Source: Squalus acanthias
Taxonomy: Eukaryota
Assembly (NCBI GenBank): GCA_030390025.1
Contig: CM059438.1
Span: 19,468,001 to 19,532,000, forward strand
Reading direction: 5' to 3'
Length of the DNA: 64,000 nucleotides
Shown: in pieces, positions 1-12,352 of the stretch
Layout of the letters: each line of letters opens with the position of its first letter
Position numbering within the stretch: the stretch's first letter is position 1
Made by a program: the position numbers and the translations under genes
The notes under the pieces: model-generated
What the model was told of the DNA's origin: nothing
The model's database searches: none
Seen by the model: the letters and a program-made list of their open reading frames with translations, nothing else

Positions 1-3000
1 ACTTTGTGCAACCAGGCTATAAATGTATGAATAAAAATGTCCAGATTTATTAATTAATTGGTTTCTGCTGTAACATACTGTCAGCAAAATGCTTTGCAGA
101 ATCCAATGGTATTATATACCACTACGCTATTATTGAATTTTATCAGGATGAACAAATATTTTCCATAGTCCATTTGGATTTTCCTCAAAGTGCATTTTGA
201 CCGGTCACCGGTGCATGCATCTCCAGCTGTGAATTCTATAATTCCACTATTCACCTCACCATCTTTGTCATAATTATTAATGTCTAGAAAGGTTTCGTCT
301 TTTTGGTGCTTTGAAAATGTGGAACAGTAAATCTTCCCTCACCTTCAGGTCAGTTGCCATTGACTTGCTGTGCCTTTCCAGTGTTTTCAGGTTTTAATTC
401 AGAATTCCCACATTTGTGGTTTTCTTCCATTTCTCCCCTCACTCTTTCATTTTGTTTCATTGCGTTTACTGCATATTACAAAAAATGAATTTGGTCACTT
501 TAGTGGTGCATCAGCAGTTTAATGTTAATGAGTTACTGTATGTTTCTAGGTAATAATATGTTTCACATTAATTCATTCTGTTTTACCTATTAAAACCAAA
601 TTTTTTTTTTTTAAATGGATTGATTTTTTGAGTAAGGGCAATGAGCTTTGTAAAACAGGGAACAAAAGTTCTGAATATTCTACCTTGCCAAATGAAATGT
701 TGCTTTAATCAAGTTTTTAATATGATTTTATCAACATTGCAATCAATCAACATGCCAAGGAAAATGAACACTATAGGTCATGGGATTCGACACAAAGGGT
801 CTGTGAATGCAAAAATAAAACAAAAGCAGCTGTTGGAAACCCACCATCACACTATAATAGCTCCTACTTAAAAGAAACAATGTGAATTGTAGTCTGAATC
901 AGATAAACAATTGCTATCGAGGAGCAAATGTTGCAGTGGCAAATATTAATTTCAGTGTGGTGAAAATAAGTAACAGGTAAAGAAATGTCACTATTGAATT
1001 ACAAAGCTAGAATGGATTTCTAGGTAACAGGTAAAGAATGGACTGCAAGGAAAATACCACTGAAGATTTAGTCTACGGGCTGAGGCATTCAGTATATGTT
1101 ACTATTGACTATGAAGCAAGCTAATTGCATTAAGTGCTTTGTACTTACTCTCTATGATTTAACAAAACTATTGAATGACGTTTCTCATAGAAGTTTGTAA
1201 ATCTTGACACGACTGAATAAGGCAAGTCTGAGATCATCACCAATTTCATACTCCCTGTCATACCATGTAATTTTCCACTACTTTATTTGGGTTTTTTTTT
1301 TTACAATGCAGCCTTTGAATCCATGTAGGATCATTTTAAAAAAAAAATCTAAGTTAACTTGAGTAAAGTCACTATCAAACCCTTGGTAACACTCATGTGG
1401 CCTGCAAGAGTTGCCACAACATCACCCAACGCACCAACAACAGAGACTGCCCAGTAAATGAAGGTGAGTGGAAGTAACTGACCTTGGATGGGTTCGCTAC
1501 ACAATGGCAGTTAACTTGGTCGCAGTTTGTTTTTAATCTTTTGGTTTTTTTTGGTCACAAAAGTAACATTTGCTCTAGCTTTGCAACTCAATGATGAAAT
1601 AAGCAATATTTAGGTTTCAAAGCGGTCAGCGATTTTAATATTTAATCCTCAGCCTTTATATTTGAATATTTAAACAGCCTGTTTTGGGTGCCCATTCAAA
1701 GCCCTGCCTGAAAATTGAATCAGGCGGGCAAGTGGGTGTACAAGGCCCCGTCCAGATTTCCTCTGCCATTTACCTGATTTTCAGGTGAGAAACGGGCAGC
1801 CGACAGTTGAAAATCCCCCACCTCCATGGAGACTTTCAAAATGGCAGCAAAATAAAATAACCTTAAATTGCAATGAGGAGTAATAAAGTACTTTCAATGC
1901 TTGCATTATACCTCGTTAAAATGAAATACAGTAAAAACAAAACATGTCTACTGACAAATAATTTAATTGTAAAACTTCCTCAGTGTTATAAACAGAAGAT
2001 GCTGTGGTGGGCAGTGAAATACAATTTTTGTTATCATTCATGAGAAAGCTATACCTCCCTTATCAAAATGCAAATTAAACTTAGTTGTGCCCCATACAAT
2101 ATCCCCAACCTATACGGTCAGGAAGCTAATTAGCATTAATCCAGGTAGTCAATATCTGCAAAAGGAGAGAGGAGAAAATTGGTAGAGAAAAGAAAATAAT
2201 TTTGACCGTTTCTGTATTTAATCCTTTTTTAATCATTCAATATTTTAATGAGAAAAAGCTGCGGATAATGGACCTTCCCATAATCAATTGCTGTAATTGA
2301 AGCAAAATAATGGACTTAGCTTGCAAGTCATCCAAAGTTAGATTCCATGTTAAATGTCAAAAATGAGTCTATCATATTCAGCAATGAACCAATTATCAGT
2401 GTGGCCAAGGGTGAGGAGGAAAGCACAATACATCTAATAGTTCCTCCTGTAATGACCTGGCAGAGAACAGTCAAAGAAGAGGTGAGGCCACTTAGAAACA
2501 AAGGGGGCCAATCTTGCACTGGAGACTGAGGAAAGGCCAGAGGTTTTTAATAAATATTTCATAGGTGTTTATAGAGGAAAGGGAACTACCTGAGGAAAGT
2601 GTGGAGGAGCCACCAGTGGAGATAAATATTCAAAAGGACACTGGATGCTAAAAGGTTAATGGGGCTAAAAATAGGAACACCTCAGAAAAGTGAAGGGCCT
2701 GGGGAGGAAATAGCAGAGGCACTGTTATGTTTTGTTTAATTTCTAACTACGTTGCTATGGGGATACCTTGGTGATATATATTTAAAAATGCTATTATTTA
2801 ATTAAACTTAGCTCTCAAGGGATTACATTCACAAACAGCAGATTAAGATGCAAATAGGATGTTTGAACCATTGTGCTTCCAATAATAAAAGTTAGTTTGG
2901 ACATTTCAGTGAGTGCTCTTACCTGTTCTGGGGAGATGACTCTATTGATTTGAGCTCCGCAGGGGTTGTTGTCAGGGTAATCTGGTAAGATTCCAATTCC

Positions 3001-3501
3001 TGGGGTCAGAATTAACAAAAAATGAGAGAAAAACCCTGGTTGAGAGTCAGTTGGGTCCAACAAAGGCTGCAAGAAGGCAGATCATGGCCTGAGCTGGGAA
3101 TTAAAATGTAGCAGACTGGATTACCAAGCTAGAAGCTGACCCAAAAGCAAATAAAACAAAAAGTGAATATTCCATCCACTATTCAGGATAGTGTGACGTG
3201 CTTTCATTGTCTTGTGTTGTGGGAGAAGTTGGCTAGGATCATCACATCTTGTATAGAGAGGAGAGTCTGGAGTAAGCTCGATTTCTGATAGAAGTATTGG
3301 GAGAGTGCGATAATCCCTTGCACCATCCACTTGTGTATTTAAAAAATGCTCAAGGCCATCACAGAAAACTTACCATCGTCCACTGCCATATTGCCCATCA
3401 TAAGTTTCTGTATCCCCACAAAAGTTGTTGGGCAAGTAGCTGCCATCTCTAGATGGAGATTAAATGCCAAACATAGGTAGCAATTTTTCTTTAAAAACTA
3501 C

Positions 3502-4255
3502 GGGCTCGAAATTTGCCTCCTTTGCACCTCCAGTTAGTGCCTCCGGGGGGGGTGGGGGCGATAAGGGGGCGCTACCGGCTTTGCGACCGGGCGCGGCGAG
3601 AGTACAGACGCCCGCGAAATTCTCGTCGAGGTTTGCGGCGGCGGTAACCCCTAGCTCCACGATCTCCTGTGCCCGGAATCGTGACGTCATCGTGCTGCGC
3701 ATCGCCCCGGACCCGAAATTCGGTTCCGCCCCCTGCAGCATCGCCGGGCGACAACACCGACAGCTGTAGGAGGCGTTGTCAGGGAGGCCGGCCGCTTGGG
3801 GAGTGGTATTTAAAGGTGATGATGGTTGCGTGAAAAAAAAATGTTCTTAATGCCTTATGTCCATTTTTCAGCATTTTCTTCGGCCGCGATCGATCAGCCC
3901 TGCACTCTGCCAGAGTGCTTGGGGCTGATCGTGTCGGATTGCGGCTGCCGTCGGCGACGAGGGACCTTGTTTTAATGCAGAGCCTGCAGCGATGGCCCTT
4001 CCCTTTAAGGGAGGGAAGGAGCCTCCATTCCCGGCAGCGCTGCCCTCGACATTGGGCAGCGCTGCACCGCTACCGCCCCTCTTATTGGTTTTAGCGCTCC
4101 AAGGGCTGTGGTAGCACTTGATTTAGCGCTCCACTTCCTTCCTGGAGCGCTAACAGCCAATTTACTGGAAGCTCACAATCATTAGTGCCTGGGGTTAATT
4201 TTTCAAGTTTTCAAAAGTTAGCGCCCCAAATAGGGAGCTACCGAATTTCTCTCCC
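3502..4255. mobile_element. PIF/Harbinger-type MITE, family A
   Basis: Imperfect TIR GGG..GAAATT/AATTTC..CCC; 3-bp TSD TAC on both sides; CpG-rich; internally similar to 11078-11707. Confidence 0.75.
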
Positions 4256-4689
4256 TACAAATTTCCAAATTCTCCAGTCAGTTTTTAATTCCCTTGGTTG
4301 GTGTTTAATTCCTTAGTTATCAATCTGCTGTGTCCATATTTTCCAATGGTAGAGAGGAAATTGTGTTTGATTCCCTGATGGTTTACTTGTACATACATGA
4401 CAATCATTTATGTTTCACGCAGACAGCAGCATTTTGAAATTAGTGTTCTCTTGCCCAGGCGAACAGATGAAAAACTAGTGCTGCTCTTAACTCGACCTCA
4501 CAACTCTCCTCCTGGCTTCTATCCAATGCTGCTGCTGCCCTGAGAAATGTAACTCTACTGCACACTGGGTGTGAATTCTCACAACAGATCAGGAATTGCT
4601 GCTCATATCGTGCAGCAGAGTTCCACCTCAGGGAGCAGGAGTATCAGAAGGACCACGTGCGGTAGTGAGAGAGGAGGGGGGAGCGATTG

Positions 4690-4985
4690 CCGTCATGAAC
4701 TAAAGGGGAAAGAGTGCCGGTGTGAGCTAGGGCGGGGGCAAGGGCAGGGGTCTACTGCTAGCATGAACTGAGAGGGAAGAAGGGTGAGTGTCAATATTAA
4801 CTGGAAGGGGGAAGAGTGCCAGCATGAACTGAGGGGAGAGAAAAGGCTGAGGTGGAAAACAGTGCCAATGCAAACTGGGGGAGAAGAAGCCATCATGAAG
4901 TGGAGGGTTAGGGAACACAATATAGACAGCATGAATTGGGGAATAAGAGTACTTCTGTGAATGGGGGAGGGGGGAGAAGGAAGTG
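4690..4985. repeat. Degenerate purine-rich tandem repeat
   Basis: Recurring gcatgaactga.ggg.ga.ga.gagtgcc units at roughly 30-60 bp spacing. Confidence 0.5.
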
Positions 4986-4999
4986 ATGAGTATTTCTGT

Positions 5000-5560
5000 G
5001 TCACAGTGACACGCGTATAATTTTAAAACCATTTAAACAATCAGGGTTGGGGGGGGGGGTTCAGTAGGGTCCAGGGGGGGAGAGAGCGGAAGGGTTGGGG
5101 GGGGGGGGGGGGGGAGATCGGAAGGGTCGGGGGGGAAGGGTCGGGGGGCGGAGTTCAGTAGGGTCGGGGGGGTGGAGATCGGAAGGGTCGGGGGGAGTTC
5201 AGAAGGGTCGGGAGGTTTCCGATCGCAGGAGGGTGGGTGAAGCAGGTAAACTGGATCCAGCAGGACCGTTGAACGGCTCTTACCTCCTGGATCCAGCAGT
5301 CCTCGTCTTCCTTTAGCTGACAGGTTCCCCATTCCGGGAAACCCGTCCGGCCAGGGTTAAATTAAAAATGGTGGTTAATTCTGAGGCAAGCAGGCTCATT
5401 ATAATATTCAAATGACCAACCCGCCTCCTGTGAGCGGGTTGGTTGAATGCCCCCCGTGCCGTTGCCATTAAAACCAGAAGTGGGCCGGTTGGGGTCAAGT
5501 TTCAGATTTTTTGCATGCCACATGACCCAAACCCACCCATTTTTGGGGATTAAAATGTCA
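5000..5560. mobile_element. Degenerate Harbinger-type MITE with internal G-rich tandem array (about 5043-5215)
   Basis: ccgcctcc/ttaaaa motifs shared with neighbouring MITEs; repeats of ggaagggtcggggg and gttcagtagggtc. Confidence 0.45.
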
Positions 5561-5685
5561 TAGGCCTGTATCCAGAGCTTTTTTTTTGAAATTGTTAGCT
5601 TTTTTAAAGCTGTTGGCCAACATTTACATTTTTCTGGGTCAGCATGTGTGCTGGTGGATCTGCGTCTGTTGACACTAACAATAAT

Positions 5686-6214
5686 GGGGGGAATTTTACC
5701 CTAAAAAAACCATGTGGGCTGGGGGCGTGAGGGTAGTTAAAGTGTTAAAAATCTGAATCCCGACCAGAACCCGCCTCCAACCCGCCCACTTCCGGGTTTA
5801 ACGAGGCGGGATGGTGAGTGGGCAGCCAATGCGCTGCCAGGAGGCGGGTCATCTATTTAAATACTAAAATGAGGCTGGAAGCCTCTGCTTTAACTTCTAT
5901 TTTGAATTTAACTTTAGCTGGTTGGGTTTTGTAGGCCCAGCCCCATATCTCTTCAGACCCGCCCCCCCCCCCCCCCCCCACCCCGGCCCCATGCGATCCC
6001 TCCCTCCCTCCTCTGTGAAGCCTAGGCCTACCCACCCGGAGCCAGCCAGCCTCTCAATCTGGCTGGCTCCGGTTGGGGAAACAAGAGGCTTCCCATTCAA
6101 ATCAGGCACTGCTGTTAAATTCGGCCGGGGCTGCGGGAAACCCGTTCGCCTGGGTTTCCCGACCGCCTCGGAGCCTCCCCCTCCTCCTCCCCCTCCCCCA
6201 TTAAAATTCAGCCC
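5686..6214. mobile_element. Harbinger-type MITE, family B
   Basis: TIR GGGGGGAATTTTA/TAAAATTCAGCCC; GC-rich interior. Confidence 0.65.
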
Positions 6215-8135
6215 TTGTATTCAGTGTGGTTGATAATATCCAGTACATGTCTTGAATTTACCGAGTTTCACAAACTGTTGTTTTCTTACTTAATGTTGAG
6301 TTCAGAAACTACTTAATGCTTAGACAAAATAATGAATGTGCTTTTGGAGGTTTTGTCTTTAATGTATTTGATATCCTGTTCCCTCTTGCCTAGTAGAAGG
6401 CTCAGTACCACATATCCTCCGACAGCCAGGAGGACAGGCATATTTTGTTCACCCCACCATCAGTGATGCTCCATAGTCCAGAAGCATTAAGTGCAATTCA
6501 AGTGGGATAAATTGGACATTCTCAGTATTCGCTTTCCTCAGTCGTAAGACACTCCATCTAGCAGCCTTGTTTACAACTCAGGAAGTTCAGGTAAGCAAGT
6601 TCGAGAGAGAGGCAGTGCTTGAACTTGAACTCCTGACCTTCTGGTAAGGAGTCAAGTGCTTTCACTCAAGCTACTGGGCTGTCAGATCCTGATGTGCTTC
6701 TTCATACACAGTTTACTTGTTGATCAATTCTGGTAATTATGGGCCACACTTTTGCTCAACATCTTCCCTGTGTGGTCTACATTTTTAAACCTGGCCACAC
6801 TGCATCATTACTGGAATAATCCTGCAGGGGCAAAAATGAATAGAATGCAAACATAAAAGGATACCCTCTCTACAATTATCTTATGAAGTAAACTTGGCAA
6901 TCCTTTCTAAATTTGCTGAAAATTCGAAGGAACTGTTAAAATAAACATCGCACAGACAATGTTAAAGTTAAGAGCCAATACACGACACAATCCCATAACT
7001 TTGTCTCCAGCTTTCATTTCTTTCAAATTCAGCCTCCAGCAGGCCAGATGGCACCAATGCAATTGCCAGAAAGTCAATACATCTGGCCACATTCCTGAAA
7101 TGACACTTCTGATGGATAGCACTGCTACTCCAGCACAATGCTCCTTTCAAAATTGAACCATTACTAGTCTGCTCAAAGTACTGCCTGATGTGTGAAAACA
7201 AAAAAATGAGCACACTAAATCCGAGAAAAAAAAAGCTGGGGGACATTAAAATATTGGTGCAGTGATATAGAAATGGTGCACCGACCGTAGCTTAGAAGGA
7301 AGAGGAAAAGCATGAAGCACTGACCTTTCAAGGACCTCAGCTGCAGTTGCGCCCTGGAGTTTTTTGGGAGCAGAGTTCATTCCAAAAAAATACTATTAGT
7401 TAAGAAAAAAGCTATTCATTGGAGTTTTTCTATAAGTCTAACTTATAACACACACCAAGAAAGATACACAGTAAAACAGTTACATGAAAAAGAGTTGCTT
7501 TGATTGAAAGCCGAAAGAATTCTTTCAGCTCTAAGCTTATGCAGTTAGCATGAGTCAAAAAACAGGCAGACAGTCAGCTAAAGGGTTCTCTATAGTATAA
7601 ACATTTATTTAAGGCTTAAATTATACTTTAAAGTGGTTGAAATAATTTAGTATACAATGTATAGCTCTCAACATAATTAAACACTATGTGACCACACTTG
7701 TAGCTTTAAAAATGTGTTAAATTCTCTCTTGTCCTTCCCACTTCGCCCCCCATCCCCCGCCGCCCGTCCCCAGAAAGTTTAGAGGGAAGTTATGCTTAAA
7801 GTTCTGACTTCTCAGACTTCCAAGTATAAGACTTCCTAGCTGATTTGTTTTACATAATAATGTTCAATGTAACTACACATTGTAAATCAGGGAGCATCAA
7901 GATAGATTTTTGTCACCGTTCACCAAGTAGCATAACACTAGATATGATACATTTGCTTTTTTTAACAAAAGGGTACATCTTTGTCCAGCAAATGCGAAGC
8001 CCTCTCTTTGAAATGTAGACTTCTTGAAGGCTATATAAAGTGGCCATGATGCGGAGATGCCGGTGTTGGACTGGGGTGGACAAAAGTGAGAAGTCGCACA
8101 ACACCAGGTTATAGTCCAACAGTTTTATTTGAAAT

Positions 8136-8172
8136 CACAAGCTTTCGGAGCTGCTGCCCCTTCGTCAGGTGA
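8136..8172 (-). ncRNA. Minimal hammerhead ribozyme motif (minus arm)
   Basis: Reverse complement reads TCAC-CTGACGA-AGGGGCAGCAGCTCC-GAAAGCTTGTGA. Confidence 0.6.
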
Positions 8173-8252
8173 AGTGAAGGAATACAGATCGGCAAAGCAT
8201 ATATAGACAGAGAACTGTCTATATGTGCTTTGCCGATTCGTATTCCTTCACT

Positions 8253-8289
8253 TGACCTGACGAAGGAGCAGCACTCCGAAAGCTTGTGA
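8253..8289 (+). ncRNA. Minimal hammerhead ribozyme motif (plus arm; weakened stem I)
   Basis: TGAC-CTGACGA-AGGAGCAGCACTCC-GAAAGCTTGTGA. Confidence 0.55.
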
Positions 8290-8773
8290 TTTCAAATAAA
8301 ACTGTTGGACTATAACCTGGTGTTGTGCGACTTCTCACTTATATAAAGTGGAGATGTGTAGCATTGGTAAAATGATAAGTGCCTTCCTATTCTAAAATGA
8401 TTTGCTACTAACCTAGGAGGTATTACCTCTGTTTCCACACTTCCAACACCCAGCTCTCACTGTGACTCCTAAAGGTTCAGGCATTTTCCTTCTGGATCAC
8501 TTTTTATGAAAGGTAAATTTTATTGAGTGCAGATACAGAAATTAACTTCCATTACAATGATAGCAATCTAAAAGCGAACTGATTGCTTCTTCCCCCCAAA
8601 CATCAGCAATTGGTAACAATCCCCACCAAAATCCAATTTGCATCCATCATTGGAATGACCACTTTTCCATTTTTATTGCCAGGCTCAATCTGCAATTTAA
8701 ACTTACTCTTGCAGATTCACAAATTAATTTAGGATTTTGTTACACAGGCTTGTTGTTAAGAAAAACAGTAATA

Positions 8774-9137
8774 CAGGAAACTCTTTATTAACCGGCACCC
8801 AAATATCCGGAAATCTCTCTTAACCGGCAAAATTCTTGAGTAGGTAACCGGGGTTTTCCTTCATCTCTCGTTTAAGATTAACTTTAAAAAAAAACCCGAG
8901 GCGTTTGCCTTGTATCGGAGCATGTAGATTGGGAGGGGAATATGCAGCCCGGGTAGGCAGCGGACACGACAGATGGTCAGCTGGCGGTCCCCGGGGAGAC
9001 GGAGCTCCGAATGCAGGCGCATGTCAATGTGTACGGGGCTCTCGTACGTTGGTAGATATAACTCACCGTTATCCGGACTTTTTGATAAACTGGCACCATG
9101 CCGGTCCCGTCGGTGCCGGTTAATAAAGAGTTTCCTG
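8774..9137. mobile_element. Tc1/mariner (pogo/Tigger-like) MITE
   Basis: Perfect 26-bp TIR CAGGAAACTCTTTATTAACCGGCACC with TA on both flanks. Confidence 0.88.
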
Positions 9138-9169
9138 TACATCATTAAACGCACTATTGTTTGCTGCTC

Positions 9170-10440
9170 CTGGCCTGCACGCATTCCACAGAAAAGCTAC
9201 ATTTTTAAACTTACCTTGGCCTCTTCCGGCCGCTCCACGACTCCCGCCATTGTTTGTCTGTCGGGGTTGGCCCCGTGTGGGCCTCTCAAATCAAAGTTAC
9301 AATGCCATTGTGGCACTGATGACATCATCGGGCCACCAATTTCCAATGTAAAGCAGGCCCCCACCTGCCAGGTACGGGTGGCCCTCCAGTGCCTGTTTTC
9401 ACGTAAGTTAAAGCGGGGGGCGGGAACCCATCGGGAATGCTGATCGACCACCCTCACCATCTTAATCCCGCATTGTTCCCATCTATCGTTCTCATCTACC
9501 CCATTATTCCCAGCACCAGGCACACACTCTGATGGATCGAGGGATGATAGGGGTGGTGGGAAAGGAAAATTGCATTTAAGTCAAATTTAAAGGGGTGGAG
9601 ACAATTAAAAAGGGAGCATCACAATGTGGGACAAGCATTTAGAAAGCTTTTGAAGATGCTTGAAAGGCTTCTCAACCCATCATCAGGGCCGAAGGGGCAC
9701 AGAATAAGGAGTGGCAGGCAAAAAGAAGGGAAAGGGAACCCAGGTGCAGGTAGCAGTCTACAGACAAGTTGTTCTCTTATTTGTTTGCTGTTGAAGTCGA
9801 GATTCTACTCCATCAGGTGCTTGCACCGAGGGTTAGCTTCTGTGCCGTTCCATGGCACCATCCATTGCAGCATGCCTGCAAAGACATGTAGCCAAATTTC
9901 TGATCACATCTGACCATCGCACGTGCCAGCTCTCTGATGTATGGTAGTTGCAGGTGTTCTTGCAGCATATGGCACAGCTCTGCATCTGCTTCTCTGCGGA
10001 TCCGGATCCTATGAAAACAAGGCCCTAAGATCATTGGCAGCTACGTTCACCAGGGCCTGCAGAAAGGTTTTGGAGGCACCTTGGTGGCTGTGATCAATCA
10101 GGCAAAGCTGATTCTTCATCACCCTGGCATGCCCTCTATTGTGCGGTACCACGTACAGCGTGACATGCTGCGATTGAGGTGCTCGCGAAGAACTATCCAG
10201 TATAGCAGTTAGTCAGGTATTCATAGTGAAGCCATTGGGGGTCTGCTAGCACAGCTTACTCTGAGCACCTTCTCCAGCACAATGTTGGCCAAAGTGAAGT
10301 AAATCACCTCTCCCTGCTAATATATGGGGCTGCGGGAGAACACGGAGCACCTCTTAGATGGCCTGATCTGCCTGACATCCCTTCAGCACTTCTCCTCTTC
10401 TTCTGAGAATGTCAGCTCAAAAGATTCTCATTGGCAAACC
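9170..10440 (-). mobile_element. Possible decayed Harbinger element with transposase remnant
   Basis: Minus frame 9945-10020 reads CFHRIRIRREADAELCHMLQEHLQ, like the Harbinger transposase N-terminus; MITE-like motifs at 9170-9480. Confidence 0.35.
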
Positions 10441-10481
10441 CACTGGTGTCAGGAAAAGAAGCAAAAAAATTAATAATAATT

Positions 10482-10905
10482 ACATAGAAATTACAATAAG
10501 GAAACAGGCCATTCGGCCCAACCAGCCCAAATTGGTGTTTCTCCTCCACATGAGCATTAGTCTAATCCCCTGTGCCCGTTCTGTTCCCATATCCTGTATT
10601 CTCCTTTCCTTCAACCACCTATCAAACCTATCCTTAAATGTTAACATGGTCACTGCTAAGGTTACAAACTCTGGCAGTGCATTTCACAGCCTCAGAACTC
10701 TGTGTAAGTAGTTTCCTCCTGCTCTCTGTCCAAAATCTCTTGCATTTAATCTTATATCTATGTTCCTTTGTTCTAGACCCATCAATCACTGGAAACAGCA
10801 CTTCTATCTACTCTGTCCCATCCATTCATAATTTAAGACAGCTCTATCAAATTGTCCCTTAATCTCCTCTATTCTAATGGAAACAACCCCACTTTTTCAA
10901 ATCTT
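10482..10905 (-). mobile_element. CR1-type LINE 3' fragment
   Basis: catagaa...aggccattcggccc is the reverse complement of the CR1 tail; decayed ORF2 end. Confidence 0.6.
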
Positions 10906-11077
10906 AATAATGACAACCGGCACAAAGGTTCATGAAAGCCAAAGTGCCAACAGGAAAGAAAGAAAAAGAAAATCCAAAAAGGGCCTAAAAATACCCAGAA
11001 AACGCATCGCTTCATAATCTTGTCCTTTAAATATGCTGCTGCCTTAGAAGCCCACCCCGGGAAACCCTGGTCACCAG

Positions 11078-11707
11078 GGGGGGAAAATTGGGTTGCTTTG
11101 CGCCTCCTGTTAGTGCCCTAACGGGGCACAAAGCTCCTAGCGCCCAGGCGCGGCATCGCTAACCCCTCCGGCAAAATTCAGCGGGAGGTTAGCTGTGGCG
11201 GTAGCCAGTAGCGTCCCGCGGTGCTGCGCCTCCGGTGACGACGTCATCATCATGCGCAGCGCCCCGCTCGCGCCCTGGCCGCAAACTTCGCCTGCGCCCC
11301 CGACCTACCGCCGAATGATATGTCCAACAGGGCCAGGGTGGCGTTTTTGCGGCCACGGCGGCGCAAATTAAAGGGCGGATGCCGGCCGCGATCGGTCAGC
11401 CCGGCACTCCTCTTGAGTGCTGTGCTCTTGTCCTGGCACCCCGCTCCCTGGTGGTCCAGCAGGGCCCCGGTGCGCGCTGCGCTAGGCCCCTCCCCTTTAA
11501 TCAGGGGAGGGAGGCCTGTAATACGTGCCAACACGTGTGGCGCTGTTGCACGTAGCACCGCGATATTGAATGGTAGCGCCCCAGGAAGGAGGGGGAGCGC
11601 TTCCAGTAGCGCTTGATGGCGCGGGGGCGCTAACCTTTTCAGGGCACTAAAAGTAACGCCCCGGCGAAGTTAGTGCCCCAAAGGGGGCGCGACCCAATTT
11701 TACCCCC
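11078..11707. mobile_element. PIF/Harbinger-type MITE, family A
   Basis: TIR GGGGGGAAAATTGGGT/ACCCAATTTTACCCCC; TSD CAG; shares gacgtcatc, cgcgatcg.tcagccc and ccctttaa motifs with 3502-4255. Confidence 0.75.
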
Positions 11708-12009
11708 CAGGTTTCCTGGGCATGCTATGGACTTGGTATCCAATGTATCTGCTGGCTGCAGAATGCGGGGGTGGGGGCGGGGGGCTGGTGGTGGAGGGTA
11801 GGCTTCCATGCCTTGTTTTAATAAGTTAATGAAGCTCTCACCTGCTGCAGCCCTCCCCAAGGACTGTTGGAAAAAAAGACAAAGTGCAAACCGAACAGAA
11901 ATCAGGCGGAATTCATTTCTGCGCTATTTCGCAGTTCATTGCACCCACCTGTTCCAAAAGTCCTGTCATAATGACAAGAAAATTGTCTCCATTAGGCCTT
12001 AAACTTGGT

Positions 12010-12352
12010 AATTTAACAAGTCACAGAGATCAGAAGGTCCCAGGTTTGATCCCTGCTCTGCATTGAGTTTGCTGATCCCAACCAGGAAAGCAATTAGGCT
12101 GTTACTATTGGTCTCAACACCCCTGGGCTAGAGAAAGAAGAATTCAGCCAGGATTCCTGCTTTTGGTTGCTGTTCAGTGGACGCTGTTGCAAAGTTTAGA
12201 TGTATGGATGTTTCTTGAGAGCTGTATAAGCTCAACCAGGATGTCCCCATGATTGAATAACCTCATTCACTCTGTAGATTCACACGCAATGCATGAGTAC
12301 CGGGGGCAGGGTACTAGAGGACGGCCAGTGCACATGGAACTGTACCCCAGCC
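12010..12352 (+). mobile_element. Old tRNA-derived SINE
   Basis: cagaaggtcccaggtttgatccct B-box-like head; homologous to segments at 14176-15100 and 52750-53000. Confidence 0.45.

Larger units (their letters stand above)
8044..8340 (-). mobile_element. Palindromic Penelope-like element terminus, same family as 52102-52310, opposite orientation
   Basis: Inverted arms of about 127 bp, 8084-8210 and 8215-8340; tail atgcggagatgccggtgttggact; TSD atataaagtgg at 8033-8043 and 8341-8351. Confidence 0.8.

Noticed and set aside
3502-4255. CpG-island promoter of an unannotated gene
   Set aside because: Bounded by TIRs and a TSD, and homologous to 11078-11707, so it is a transposon.
4690-4985. CRISPR-like repeat-spacer array
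   Set aside because: Units are degenerate and irregular with no unique spacers or cas genes, and the context is a vertebrate genome.
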